A stretch of DNA of 64,000 nucleotides from Armatimonadota bacterium (GCA_041690135.1 JAWLHY010000001.1:896001-960000); one strand, 5' to 3'. Shown: positions 1-10,776, numbered from the stretch's first letter. Notes: generated from the sequence alone by a model not told the origin. Numbers and translations: made by a program.

Positions 1-837
1 GCTCGCGACTTCATTCTTATTCATCCGGTAGAAGTGGGTCAGGATGTAGTTGTCGCCGCGTACCTCTCGCACGCCCGCTACCTGTTCCGTCGTCGGCGGG
101 ACCAGGATTACGACGGTGGTTTCCGTCGTGGTCGGCGTCAGCATCGCGATGTGCTGCTGGCGGGTTTCGCGGGTCGCCTGCACCAGGTCCGCTAGGCGCG
201 GGTTCTGAATGTTGGCGTAAGCTGTCTCGAGGCGAGTCAACTCGGTCCGGTTCCAATCCGCGGCGGTGCGCGGGAACGTTTCGGGCGTCAGGTCCGACAG
301 CCGCACGTCCGTCGTCACCCGTGGCATATAGGTGTCGGTAGAGTGGTAGAGCTGGCGGGCGCGGCTCGCCAGGATCAGGTGGTCCGTCATCAGGGTGCCG
401 AACGCGCCCGCGACCCAGGGCTGGTTGGATTCCTGGAAGCGGCGCATGTGCGCGTCCAGCACCGCGGCCTCCATCATCTGCCGGGCATACAGGTCGTTCA
501 GCACGGCGCGGTCGCTGGGTACCAGGTCCGAAGTGGCGTCCAACAACGGAATGATCTCGTAGGTGGTCAGTCCGCGCTCGGTATCCACCTGGTACCGCTG
601 CGGCTCGTAGAGACTCCTCTCGTACTCGTTGTAGTCCATCCGCTCACCGGCCACCCGCTCGTTGTACACGCGCTCGCCGGTGGTAGGATCGATGGTGTAT
701 GCGGTCTGGGGTAGATTCTGCTGTTCGATCTGGCCGGGCTGGTGCTTGGTCGGCTGGCCGATCGTTGTTGGCTGGGCGAAGGCCGCCCCGCTCAGGGTCA
801 GTCCAAGTACAAGCGCAACCGAAAGGGGTTGTCGCAT
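1..837 (-). CDS. Secreted hypothetical protein, possibly with a ferritin-like/DUF4142-like helical segment; 3' end runs off the window
   Basis: Manual translation (not in the ORF track): ATG at 837 preceded by AGGAGG, signal peptide MRQPLSVALVLGLTLSGAAFAQ, frame open to base 1. Confidence 0.75.
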   Translation of the reverse strand, partial: MRQPLSVALVLGLTLSGAAFAQPTTIGQPTKHQPGQIEQQNLPQTAYTIDPTTGERVYNERVAGERMDYNEYERSLYEPQRYQVDTERGLTTYEIIPLLDATSDLVPSDRAVLNDLYARQMMEAAVLDAHMRRFQESNQPWVAGAFGTLMTDHLILASRARQLYHSTDTYMPRVTTDVRLSDLTPETFPRTAADWNRTELTRLETAYANIQNPRLADLVQATRETRQQHIAMLTPTTTETTVVILVPPTTEQVAGVREVRGDNYILTHFYRMNKNEVAS

Positions 838-923
838 CTGTTTTCCTCCTCGACGTGGGTCGACTGTGCGATGCACACTGCGCAGGGAGCACAGGATCGA
901 TCGCGGTCAGAGTCGTGCGTGGC

Positions 924-2066
924 TTACCCGGCGGTCGCGGAAGCCAAACCAGCGCCGGCCGGAGATGTTGCAGTCTCCGGGCGGGCCCGCGAAACTCCAG
1001 CCAACCCCATCAACCGGCTTCCCAGAAGGGAACGGGAGGCAATCAGCACGAGCAAGGCCGTGCCGCCGACGGTGCATCCCAGGAGTACGGCGAGGCGCAG
1101 TTCCAGGGAGGCGGCAGACAATTGCGGGAGGAAGTAGCGGAGCGCCAGCTCCAGGCAGAGCGGGTGAACCAGGTAGATGGCGTAGGACCTGGATGCGAGC
1201 ACGCGTCCGGGTGCATAAAGCCGCGTGGCTGCCAACCGGCAGGCGAGAAGCCACAGAAGCGGCAGGACCGCTACGGTGTAAAGAACCACCGCCGGGCGCC
1301 GGGAACCGGCCTCATTCAAGCCGAGGGGAGACTGGTAGTACTCCCAGAGCAGCCCCAGCGCGGCAGCGGCGGCCAGTGGTCCCCAGAGGCCCCGGTAGTG
1401 GGAGAGTTGCTCGACGATGGCGTTCCGATGCCTCGCCCCAAGCGTGCCGAGCAAGAAGTAGAAGAGCCATCCCGGCAACAGGCTATCGCTCGCATCCCAG
1501 AGGAAGGCGCTCCAGCCCAGGGGGCGTGGCGTGTAGGCAAAGTAGCCCTGATAGCCCAGCGTGAGTAAGAGCGAAGCTACCAGCCAGTGGAGCGCGCGCG
1601 GTCCGGTCACCGCTTTCCACACCCAGGGGAATACGGCGTAGAACTGGAGGACCATGGCGGCGAAGTAGAGGTGGCCCTGGCCGACCTGCCCCAGAACCAG
1701 TCCCAGGAAGTACTGGACAGTACCGACCGGCGGGCTGAATACGGCCGCGTAGACCAGCGCCCATGTGGCGAACGGCAGCCAGGCAGCAAACAGGCGCCGC
1801 TGCCGGAACTCGCGGGGATTCGGCGGCGAGGGATGGGTGAGCTGGAGCACGAAACCCGAGAGGACCGCGAACGTCGGCGTGGCCCAGAGCGCCAGTTGGT
1901 AGAACGGTTCCAGCCCCAGGAGAACTGTCGGGTCCGTGCTCCCCATCCGCGCAGCCGCCGCCAGCACGTGGATCATCACGATCGTGACGCACGCCAGGGC
2001 GCGGAGGAGGTCGGCCTCGGCGGCGCGCTCACGCGGCGCGGGCGGGGTCATCGCAGCAGCGCTCAC
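924..2066 (-). CDS. Acyltransferase family 3 (OafA/IcaC-like membrane O-acyltransferase)
   Basis: DLLRALACVTIVMIH, F..LSGF, HLYF..MVLQFY.VFP and SYAIYLVHP motifs; many hydrophobic helices. Confidence 0.85.
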   Translation of the reverse strand: MSAAAMTPPAPRERAAEADLLRALACVTIVMIHVLAAAARMGSTDPTVLLGLEPFYQLALWATPTFAVLSGFVLQLTHPSPPNPREFRQRRLFAAWLPFATWALVYAAVFSPPVGTVQYFLGLVLGQVGQGHLYFAAMVLQFYAVFPWVWKAVTGPRALHWLVASLLLTLGYQGYFAYTPRPLGWSAFLWDASDSLLPGWLFYFLLGTLGARHRNAIVEQLSHYRGLWGPLAAAAALGLLWEYYQSPLGLNEAGSRRPAVVLYTVAVLPLLWLLACRLAATRLYAPGRVLASRSYAIYLVHPLCLELALRYFLPQLSAASLELRLAVLLGCTVGGTALLVLIASRSLLGSRLMGLAGVSRARPETATSPAGAGLASATAG

Positions 2067-2072
2067 TAGGGT

Positions 2073-2669
2073 CTAGAGGTCCCGGCGGCCTTCCAGCGCC
2101 TGGATCAGGGTCGCCTGATCGGCGTAGTCCAGATCGCCGCCCACGGGCAGGCCGAAGGCGATTTTGGTTACTCGTACGCCGAACGGCTTGATCAACCGCG
2201 CCAGGTACATGGCCGTGGTGTCGCCCTCTACCGTCGGGTTCGTGGCGAGGATGATCTCCTGGATGGCGTCCGCCTGGATGCGCTCCATCAACTCGCGGAT
2301 GCGCAGCATCTCCGGACCGATCCCCTCCAGCGGCGAAATCAGCCCGCCCAGCACGTGGTACCGCCCCCGGAACTCGTTCGTGCGCTCCACCGCGAGGAGG
2401 TCCCGCGGGTCCGCGACCACGCACACCAGGGACCGCTCCCGTCGTTCGTTTCGGCAGATGTCGCAGACGGGTTGGTCGGAGAAGTTGAAGCAGGACTGGC
2501 ACGTCTGCATCTTCTCCTTGACCTCGACGATGGCTTCGGCGATCTGCCGGGCCTCGTCGAGCGGCAGGCGGAGCAGGTGGAACGCCAGGCGCTGGGCGGA
2601 CTTGGGGCCGATCCCCGGAAGCTTTTCAAGTTCTCCAACGAGCCGCGCCAGCGGCCTGGCGTAATGCAT
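2073..2669 (-). CDS. recR: Recombination mediator RecR
   Basis: LPGIGPKSAQRLAFH HhH, C4 zinc finger, YHVLGG..SPLEGIGP, Toprim ATNPTVEGDTTA. Confidence 0.98.
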   Translation of the reverse strand: MHYARPLARLVGELEKLPGIGPKSAQRLAFHLLRLPLDEARQIAEAIVEVKEKMQTCQSCFNFSDQPVCDICRNERRERSLVCVVADPRDLLAVERTNEFRGRYHVLGGLISPLEGIGPEMLRIRELMERIQADAIQEIILATNPTVEGDTTAMYLARLIKPFGVRVTKIAFGLPVGGDLDYADQATLIQALEGRRDL

Positions 2670-3029
2670 CTAGAACCCCATTCCGGGCATGCCGGGGATG
2701 TTGGGGAGTCCTCCGGTGATCTCTTCGAGACGCTGCTTCTTCACGTCGTTGGCCTTTTCGACAGCGTCGCGCACGGCGCTGACGATCAGGTCCTGGAGCA
2801 TCTCTACGTCTTCCGGGTCCACAACCTGCGGGTCGATGTGCACCGCCTCGATCTGGCCGGCGCCCGTGGCTTCCACCCGGACCATGCCGCCGCCGGCGGA
2901 GCCTTCCACCTTCAGGCTCGCCAGCTCCTGCTCCATCTTCTGCGCCTGTTCCATGGCTTTCTGAACCTGTTTCATCAGGCCACCCATGCCAGGCATTCCA
3001 CCACCACCCATATTTCCAAAACCGCGCAT
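2670..3029 (-). CDS. ybaB: YbaB/EbfC nucleoid-associated protein
   Basis: GSAGGGMV.V and DPEDVEMLQDLI motifs; canonical position between dnaX and recR. Confidence 0.95.
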   Translation of the reverse strand: MRGFGNMGGGGMPGMGGLMKQVQKAMEQAQKMEQELASLKVEGSAGGGMVRVEATGAGQIEAVHIDPQVVDPEDVEMLQDLIVSAVRDAVEKANDVKKQRLEEITGGLPNIPGMPGMGF

Positions 3030-3134
3030 GCCTGCTCCTTTCGCCCACCGCCCGGTGGGCGATGGAAACCTTTACCAGTTTAACTTGACCGGGCTCCGTT
3101 GTCTTGAGCTCAGTCGATCGTTCCCAATCTCACG

Positions 3135-5213
3135 CTACTTCAGTTCCGGCTCGTCCGGGTCGATGATTTGGCCCTCGAACACCTCAATCACGTCATGGAT
3201 CAGCTCATTCCCCCGGGGAGACGGCATTGAAGGCAAGGAGGTCTGCCTTGGTGGTGCGGGCGCCGCAACCGGCGGAGGAGAAGCCGCGGCCTCGGCGGGG
3301 GCTGGTGAGCTTGTCCGGGAGTGAGAAGGACTCCGTACCGGACTTCCCGCAGCGGGACGCTTTGTTGCCGTAGGGGAACCGCCCTTATCACTCTTGCCGT
3401 CGGCCTCGGCCCGCACCCGGCACTGAATTCCTGTGATGCGGAGAATCGCCTCCACCAGCGGATCACTGAACTTCTTGCCCCGGTTCGTGAACATGACTGC
3501 CATGGTCGTGCTGGGGAACTGGATCACCAGTTCGTCATGCTCGAACCGGGCGGGCATGGTGTCGGCCAACGCCGCGGAGATGGTCATCTGACGCTGGCGT
3601 TTCAGCTCTTCCCCGATGAGCCGCCATTTGCTCCGCACCGCCTCGATGTTCAAACTGGAGCCGCCCGTGTGCGGTGCGGTGGAGGACGTAGCCGGCGGCA
3701 CCGGCGCGACCGGGGGAGTGGGCTGCCGTACCGAAGCGCTGGACGACCCATTTGCGGGCGCGGGCGCCGCGGGCGGGCTGTCGAAGAAGTCTCCAAAGTC
3801 GTCGTCGCCGGCATCGCCCATCCGCGCATCCCCCACGGTCAATGGCGGAGGCGGGAGGGGATCAGCACCGAAAACTCCCGATGGAGCCGGCGCCGCGGGC
3901 TCCGACCGAGCGGGAGGCGTAGCCGCCGCCGGCTCGTCATAGAAGGGCGAGGCGGCTCCGGAGTCGCGGACCGTGGGGGGAGATGGGCGCGAAGTGGGGC
4001 TGGAGAGGGGCGTTGAAGACCGGGTAGGCGTGGTGGAAGGAGTGCTGCGACCGGTGGAGACGGGTCGAGATGCCGCCGCGGAGCCGCTGGCGGCGGCGGG
4101 TCGGCTCTCGGCGGCCGGGCGGACTTCCGCAACGGGAGCCGGGGGGACCATCAGCCGGCACACGGCCAACTCCAGCAGGAGCCGGGGCTGCTCGCTCCAG
4201 CGGGCCTCCCGGTCCACCTGCGCCAGCGTCTCGATCGCGCCGATGATCCGGTGCTGCCCGTAGGCCCGGGACTGGTCCAGGATGCGGGCGGCCTGGTCGG
4301 CATCGAGCGGTGGAGGGCTCCCCGCGGCGGAGAGCATCAGTGTCCGGTAATGTGCTGTGGCATCCTTGAGGAGCTGTCGCGGATCCTTCCCCTCGGCGAT
4401 GAGTTCCTCCAGAAGCTGGTAGGCCGCCGCGCCGTCCGCCAGGCGGATGTGCTCCGCCAACTGATAGAGGGTGTCCGCATCGACGGTCCCCAGCACCGTG
4501 TAGACGTCCTTCGCGGTGATCGTACCCTCACAGAAGGCCAGCACCTGTTCCAGCAGGCTCAGGGCGTCGCGCCAGCCGCCGTTGGCTTCCCGGGCGATCA
4601 GCGTAAGGGCGTTGTCTTCGATCATCACGCCTTCCTGGCCTGCCACGTAGGCGATCCGCTCCCGGAGCTGCTCCATCGTCGCGCGGCGGAACTCGAACTT
4701 CTGGCAGCGCGAAACGATGGTCGCCGGGATCTTATGGGCCTCGGTGGTCGCCATTACGAAGACCACGTGCGGCGGCGGCTCTTCCAGCGTTTTCAGGAAG
4801 GCGTTGAAGGCATCGCCGGTGATCTGGTGCGCTTCGTCGATGACGTACACCTTGAAGCGGCCGTTCGCCGGCGCGTAAGCGACGTTGTCCCGGAGTTCGC
4901 GGATCTCGTCGATCCCGCGGTTGGACGCGGCATCGATCTCCTTCATATCCAGGTAACGCCCCTCGGTGATCTGCACGCAGGCGGGGCAGGTGTTGCACGG
5001 TTCCGGTGTAGGGGCGCGCTCGCAGTTCAGCGCCTTCGCGAGCAGGCGGGCCGTGGTGGTCTTGCCGGTGCCGCGGGGGCCGCAAAACAGGTAAGCGTGC
5101 GCCACGCGCTCGGAGCGGATCGCGTTCTGGAGCGTCCGGATGACATGCTCCTGACCCGAAACTTCTTCAAACGACTGCGAACGGTATTTGCGATAGAGGG
5201 AAAGATAGGCCAT
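3135..5213 (-). CDS. dnaX: DNA polymerase III subunit gamma/tau with long P/S/A-rich linker
   Basis: LYRKYR, GPRGTGKTT, EIDAASNRG, IIDEAH-like Walker B, LKTLEEPP, SRC. Start set at ATG 5213. Confidence 0.97.
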   Translation of the reverse strand: MAYLSLYRKYRSQSFEEVSGQEHVIRTLQNAIRSERVAHAYLFCGPRGTGKTTTARLLAKALNCERAPTPEPCNTCPACVQITEGRYLDMKEIDAASNRGIDEIRELRDNVAYAPANGRFKVYVIDEAHQITGDAFNAFLKTLEEPPPHVVFVMATTEAHKIPATIVSRCQKFEFRRATMEQLRERIAYVAGQEGVMIEDNALTLIAREANGGWRDALSLLEQVLAFCEGTITAKDVYTVLGTVDADTLYQLAEHIRLADGAAAYQLLEELIAEGKDPRQLLKDATAHYRTLMLSAAGSPPPLDADQAARILDQSRAYGQHRIIGAIETLAQVDREARWSEQPRLLLELAVCRLMVPPAPVAEVRPAAESRPAAASGSAAASRPVSTGRSTPSTTPTRSSTPLSSPTSRPSPPTVRDSGAASPFYDEPAAATPPARSEPAAPAPSGVFGADPLPPPPLTVGDARMGDAGDDDFGDFFDSPPAAPAPANGSSSASVRQPTPPVAPVPPATSSTAPHTGGSSLNIEAVRSKWRLIGEELKRQRQMTISAALADTMPARFEHDELVIQFPSTTMAVMFTNRGKKFSDPLVEAILRITGIQCRVRAEADGKSDKGGSPTATKRPAAGSPVRSPSHSRTSSPAPAEAAASPPPVAAPAPPRQTSLPSMPSPRGNELIHDVIEVFEGQIIDPDEPELK

Positions 5214-5344
5214 CGTCAAACGGTCGTTCGCGCTTCGCCGCCGAAGACTCCTTCATCCGGGCGAAAGGGGCTAGGAGTCGTGGGAAGAAAGGAGCTCCAA
5301 CCCCGGAACACTCCGGGGCGGGCAACCTGGGTAGGCAAAATGAA

Positions 5345-5608
5345 GGTCGTGCACCCACCGTCGACGTGCGCCACGGCGCGCTAACCCGTGCATACCGCTC
5401 AGACCAGGCGGTCTGCAACACACCGTCCACCCTCTTACCGCTGCTTCTTCCGATCTGACGGGGTTCGAAGGCTTTCGGCTGCGCAGGACCCAGTCCTCGA
5501 CACGGCCACACGGGGCGGACCACCAGGCAACACGCCTCGGGTGGGAATTCAGCCCCGCTAGGCGGATTGCGGGTACAGGGCACCGCCAGCTCCCCGCTTA
5601 GCACGACC
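5345..5608 (-). ncRNA. ffs: Large bacterial SRP RNA (Alu + S domain)
   Basis: Minus strand reads GGTCGTGCTAAGCGGGGAG..GCGGTGCCCTGTACCCGCAATCCGC..GGGTCCTGCGCA..GTCAGATCGGAAGAAGCAGC..GTGCACGACC, colinear with Bacillus scRNA. The ends pair, and it lies upstream of dnaX as in Firmicutes. Confidence 0.95.
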
Positions 5609-5614
5609 GCGGGC

Positions 5615-5620
5615 ATTATA
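5615..5620 (-). promoter_or_regulatory. -10 box (TATAAT) of the ffs promoter
   Basis: Perfect TATAAT 6-7 nt upstream of the SRP RNA 5' end; no clear -35. Confidence 0.7.
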
Positions 5621-5684
5621 CACGAATGCTCCCCACAGGGGAATGGAATCCGGATCCGAACGCGAAAAGCGGGGAACCGGGCGC

Positions 5685-5760
5685 GTAGGGGCATCGGCCC
5701 TGGTTGCCCTCGCCTTGGATCTGATCAACAAGTGCAAAACCGATCGCCCCGACGCAATAA
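5685..5760 (+). repeat. GTAG-type REP-like dispersed repeat, copy 1
   Basis: 58/76 ungapped identity (hand count) to 13461-13536; begins GTAGGGGCA..TGCCC. Confidence 0.7.
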
Positions 5761-5938
5761 GGGGATGCGGATGCCCCTTCACCCGGCTCAATCCAGCCGG
5801 CGCAACTGGTCCGCGCAGGCAAGAGCAGGAATACCCGAACCGGTAAGAAGAAAGATTGCCGCAGAAGGCTACATTCCTGTAGCGCTCCGGCGCCGAGCCT
5901 GCCGCTTCTTGCGCCACGGGAACAACGGAGTTGCTCGC

Positions 5939-7753
5939 ATGGTACGACACGCACCAGGTCGCATCCCAAGCCCGCCTGGGTTAATCCTGCTGCTGGTGCT
6001 GGCCGCTGCCGGCTATGCATCCGCGCAGGAAAACCGGTATGACCCTTTCGCGGGCGATACCCGCCTGGAGCAGAAGGTCACGGTATCGGCGGAGGGCCAG
6101 TCGCTCGGCGAGTTCCTGGAGTTGTTGGCGGGCAGGACCGGTGTGGCGTTAACGGCCAGCCGGCAAACGGCCGATGACAAGGTAGTCATCTTTGGGCCTT
6201 CGCGGCCCCTGCGCGAAATTCTAACCGATTTGGCGACGCTGTTCGACCACCGCTGGACCCGCGAACGCGACGCCGAGGGATCTCGACGCTACACGCTGGC
6301 CCGGACCGCGCGTGCGCCGGCGCACGAACAGCGGTTGGCGCGCGCGGCGGCGGAGAAGGTGATGTCGCAGGTGGACGAGCAGGTCCGGGCCCTGGGCGAG
6401 ACTCCGGAGCAACTCGCGCGCCGCCCGCAACAGGACCCCATCCGCAGGTTCCTTTCCGATCCGGAGCTCCGTTTCCCGACTGAACTCTATGCGGAGTTAA
6501 CGCCGGAGCAGCGGATTGCGCTCTACCTGCGCCGCAAGCTCGATTTCCCGTTCCGCAGCCTACCGGAGCGGTACCAGACACCTCTTCGCAAGGTCTATGC
6601 GGAACGGCTTGGCATCTTCGAGCGGTACGTGCGCGAGAACCCGGGAGTACTCCCGCCGATGGGGAAAGACGCGGACGACAGCCGGCGACTGTTTGTGGAT
6701 CGCCCGGAGGACCTGGACAAGGGCTCGCTTCGGTTCCGCGTGCGGCGAGGCGGGGGGCACCTCTTTATCGGAATGGGCCTGGGAGTGCTCCCGTTCCGCG
6801 CCGATGTCGATCGCGATCCATCGGGAAAGCGGCAATACATCACCTCCCTCGGCTTCTGGGGCGTCACCATCCTCGAGGGCCCGGCTTCCTGGGTGCTTCC
6901 ACCCCACGGCAATCCGTACACGCTGGAGAAAGTATCGGAGGAGGCTCCGCTGCCGGAGGCGGCGATCACCCGCGGGGTACTCCGGGAAAAGACATGGCTG
7001 GACCGGCTGCGGAACCTGGCGAAGACGAGCGGCCGGCCGATCGTGGCGGACTACTATCGCAGCAAGCCCGTTGCGCAGCCGCCGGACGAGCCAGAACTCT
7101 CCGGTGATGAAACAACGCGGGTCCTCGATACCCTTTGCCGGCCGGAAGGGTACCTGTGGTGGACGCACGAACGCACCCTCTTCTTTCGCAAGCGGGAGTG
7201 GTACGAGCAGAAGCGCTACGAGGTCCCGGATCGCTGGCTGGCGGCCGTGGCGAAGCGTCTCCGCGCTGGTGGCGGGCACCCACGCCTGGCGGATGTGCTA
7301 CTGGCGGCGCAATTGACCCCTGCCCAACTGGCCGGGCTCACCAGCCTTTACGAGGGTGAATTTAGCGGAGACGAGGAAACGTATGCCGGCCTGCCCGAGC
7401 TGCTGGCTATATTCAAAGCCGGCTGGGTTCGCGATATTGTCCTGCCACTGGGAGCGCCGGCTCCCGGTGGCATTCCCGCTCCCCAGCTAGGCTTTCCGGA
7501 CCTTTCCCTTCGCCAGCGCAATCTCCTCGCCGCCTTCCTGGAAACACGCGACTTCCCCGTGACCCCGGAGGGCGCCCAGACATTTCGCGTGGCGATCTCC
7601 CGTGCACCGGAGACGGGGAGCGATGGCGACCCGCCGAGGGTGCTGGTGCGGCTGAAGTGGTCCCTGGGTATGGAGGAGGGCATGCCCTACGGCCTATCGC
7701 TGCCCCTCCAGTTCCAGGCCCCCGGAACAGCTACCCGGATCGATCTGCAATGA
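5939..7753 (+). CDS. Secreted hypothetical protein with an N-terminal STN-like segment
   Basis: Long ORF; signal peptide follows ATG 5939; DTRLEQKVTV...SLGEFLELLA..TGV.L resembles secretin/TonB short N-terminal domains. Confidence 0.7.
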   Translation: MVRHAPGRIPSPPGLILLLVLAAAGYASAQENRYDPFAGDTRLEQKVTVSAEGQSLGEFLELLAGRTGVALTASRQTADDKVVIFGPSRPLREILTDLATLFDHRWTRERDAEGSRRYTLARTARAPAHEQRLARAAAEKVMSQVDEQVRALGETPEQLARRPQQDPIRRFLSDPELRFPTELYAELTPEQRIALYLRRKLDFPFRSLPERYQTPLRKVYAERLGIFERYVRENPGVLPPMGKDADDSRRLFVDRPEDLDKGSLRFRVRRGGGHLFIGMGLGVLPFRADVDRDPSGKRQYITSLGFWGVTILEGPASWVLPPHGNPYTLEKVSEEAPLPEAAITRGVLREKTWLDRLRNLAKTSGRPIVADYYRSKPVAQPPDEPELSGDETTRVLDTLCRPEGYLWWTHERTLFFRKREWYEQKRYEVPDRWLAAVAKRLRAGGGHPRLADVLLAAQLTPAQLAGLTSLYEGEFSGDEETYAGLPELLAIFKAGWVRDIVLPLGAPAPGGIPAPQLGFPDLSLRQRNLLAAFLETRDFPVTPEGAQTFRVAISRAPETGSDGDPPRVLVRLKWSLGMEEGMPYGLSLPLQFQAPGTATRIDLQ

Positions 7754-7806
7754 GATCGCTCCGCGCGTGCAAGGTAATGTGCATAACCTTGGAGCCGGGT
7801 GTCAGC

Positions 7807-7835
7807 TTGACACGACCATGCCCTTGTGCTACCCT
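7807..7835 (+). promoter_or_regulatory. Sigma70 promoter of efp
   Basis: TTGACA-17 nt-TACCCT with a TGn extension. Confidence 0.65.
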
Positions 7836-7873
7836 AACTCGGTTCGAGCGACCTGTGTTAGAGGAGTGGGATC

Positions 7874-8434
7874 TTGATCGATACGAGTGATTTCCGGAAT
7901 GGAATGTCCATCATCCTGGACAACGTGATCTACCAGATCGTGGAGTTCCAGCATGTGAAGCCCGGCAAGGGCGGAGCTTTCGTGCGGACCCGGTTGAAGA
8001 ATCTCCTGACCGGAAACACGCTGGACAAGACCTTCCGGGCCGGTGAAAAGATGGAGCAGGCGGTCCTGGACCGGAAGAAGATGACCTACCTGTACGACCA
8101 GGGCGAGACCTACGTCTTCATGGATCAGGAAAGCTTCGATCAGGTGGAAGTTCCTGCCGCGGCCATTGGCCCCCAGGTGAAGTATCTGAAGGACAACACC
8201 GAGGTGGAAGTCTGCACCCATAAGGACAAGATCCTCACCGTCGAGCTTCCCTTCGCCATGGAATTCGAAGTGGTGGAGACCGATCCCGGCCTTCGAGGCG
8301 ATACGGCATCCGGCGGGTCCAAGCCGGCCACGTTGGAGACCGGAGCCGTGGTGAACGTCCCGTTGTTTATCAACGTCGGAGAACGAATCCGCGTCGACAC
8401 GCGCACCGACAACTACATCGAGCGCGCCAAGTAG
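7874..8434 (+). CDS. efp: Elongation factor P
   Basis: HVKPGKGGAFVR, PGLRGDTASG, KPATLETG, VPLFI; TTG start after GAGGAG. Confidence 0.98.
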   Translation: MIDTSDFRNGMSIILDNVIYQIVEFQHVKPGKGGAFVRTRLKNLLTGNTLDKTFRAGEKMEQAVLDRKKMTYLYDQGETYVFMDQESFDQVEVPAAAIGPQVKYLKDNTEVEVCTHKDKILTVELPFAMEFEVVETDPGLRGDTASGGSKPATLETGAVVNVPLFINVGERIRVDTRTDNYIERAK

Positions 8435-8547
8435 GACCAGCCGGCGGTCGGATCGCGCTTCGCGTAGAACGGTCGCAACAGCACCTTTTTGCTCCCTGTC
8501 CACTCGGGTGGGCGGGGAGCCTGCTTCACCCCAAACACCCCGCTCCT

Positions 8548-8958
8548 ATGAATCTGGACCGGATCGAGGCCATCCTCCAGCTCCTCTACCGCCAACAGCA
8601 TGTTGGCGAGGTATCCGTGGCAGGCGACGGATGGCGCGTACAAGCGCGCAAGGGGCATGGCGTACCCACCGTCATGCCGAACATCGACGTCGAAGACGTT
8701 GCGCCCGCCGAGGAACGTCACGTGATACGGGCCGGTCGGGTCGGGATCTTCCGGGAGGGCAAGCAGCCCATCGGAGCCGGCGACCGGGTCAGCAAAGGTT
8801 CCCCGTTGGGCCAGATCGACTCCATGCGTATCCTCAACCCCATCCTGGCCGAAGAGGGCGGGACGATTCTGGAAGTGCGCGTTGAGGACGGAGATCCGGT
8901 AGAATTCGGCCAGGAGTTGTTCGTGCTCGCCCCGCTGGGTCCCCTTTCGGGCGAGTAA
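8548..8958 (+). CDS. Biotin carboxyl carrier protein-like protein lacking the biotinylated Lys (DSMRI in place of EAMKM)
   Basis: Biotinyl-domain motifs VGIF, GDRV..G..LG.I, G.I..V.VEDGDPVEFGQ.LF; sits in the accB position between efp and accC. Confidence 0.85.
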   Translation: MNLDRIEAILQLLYRQQHVGEVSVAGDGWRVQARKGHGVPTVMPNIDVEDVAPAEERHVIRAGRVGIFREGKQPIGAGDRVSKGSPLGQIDSMRILNPILAEEGGTILEVRVEDGDPVEFGQELFVLAPLGPLSGE

Positions 8959-9018
8959 CGACGGATCCCCCCCCCACCTTTACCGGGCAACGAAGGCAAG
9001 ACGAGAGCGAGCGGAGGA

Positions 9019-9396
9019 ATGGCAATGCGCAACCAGGTCGGTCGGGGATTCTCCCTGGTGGAGATCCTGGTGGTGGTCGTGATCCTGGCCATCCTCGCAG
9101 CTTTCCTCATGCCGCGTTACATGTCCAGCACCAAACTTCCCGGCGGCAAGACGGCCGGCTCGCCCGTGCAGAAGGCGAAGGGGGTCGAATGCACCACCAA
9201 TCTCCAGCAGATCCGCCAGGCATACACGATGGCCACCCAGGTGGGAGATGAAACTCGTCCGGCCAGTCTCCAGGATCTGCGCGCTTACGGCGTAACGGAC
9301 TCCCTCATGAAGTGCCCCGTTGGCGGCATGCCGTACCGTTTCAATCCGGCAAGCGGGCAGGTCGGCTGCACCTATGCCGGGCACGAGCGTTTCTGA
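9019..9396 (+). CDS. Prepilin-type N-terminal cleavage/methylation domain protein
   Basis: GRG|FSLVEILVVVVILAILAA class III signal; C-terminal CPVGG.Y...VGC. Confidence 0.9.
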   Translation: MAMRNQVGRGFSLVEILVVVVILAILAAFLMPRYMSSTKLPGGKTAGSPVQKAKGVECTTNLQQIRQAYTMATQVGDETRPASLQDLRAYGVTDSLMKCPVGGMPYRFNPASGQVGCTYAGHERF

Positions 9397-9405
9397 AATC
9401 TCAAG

Positions 9406-10776
<1,371 letters not shown>

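Noticed and set aside
3135-5213. Programmed frameshift or slippage site in dnaX
   Set aside because: No A AAA AAG or long A run seen on the coding strand.
5567-5938. N-terminal extension of the 728-aa ORF
   Set aside because: Overlaps the SRP RNA, its promoter and a repeat; the signal peptide follows ATG 5939.
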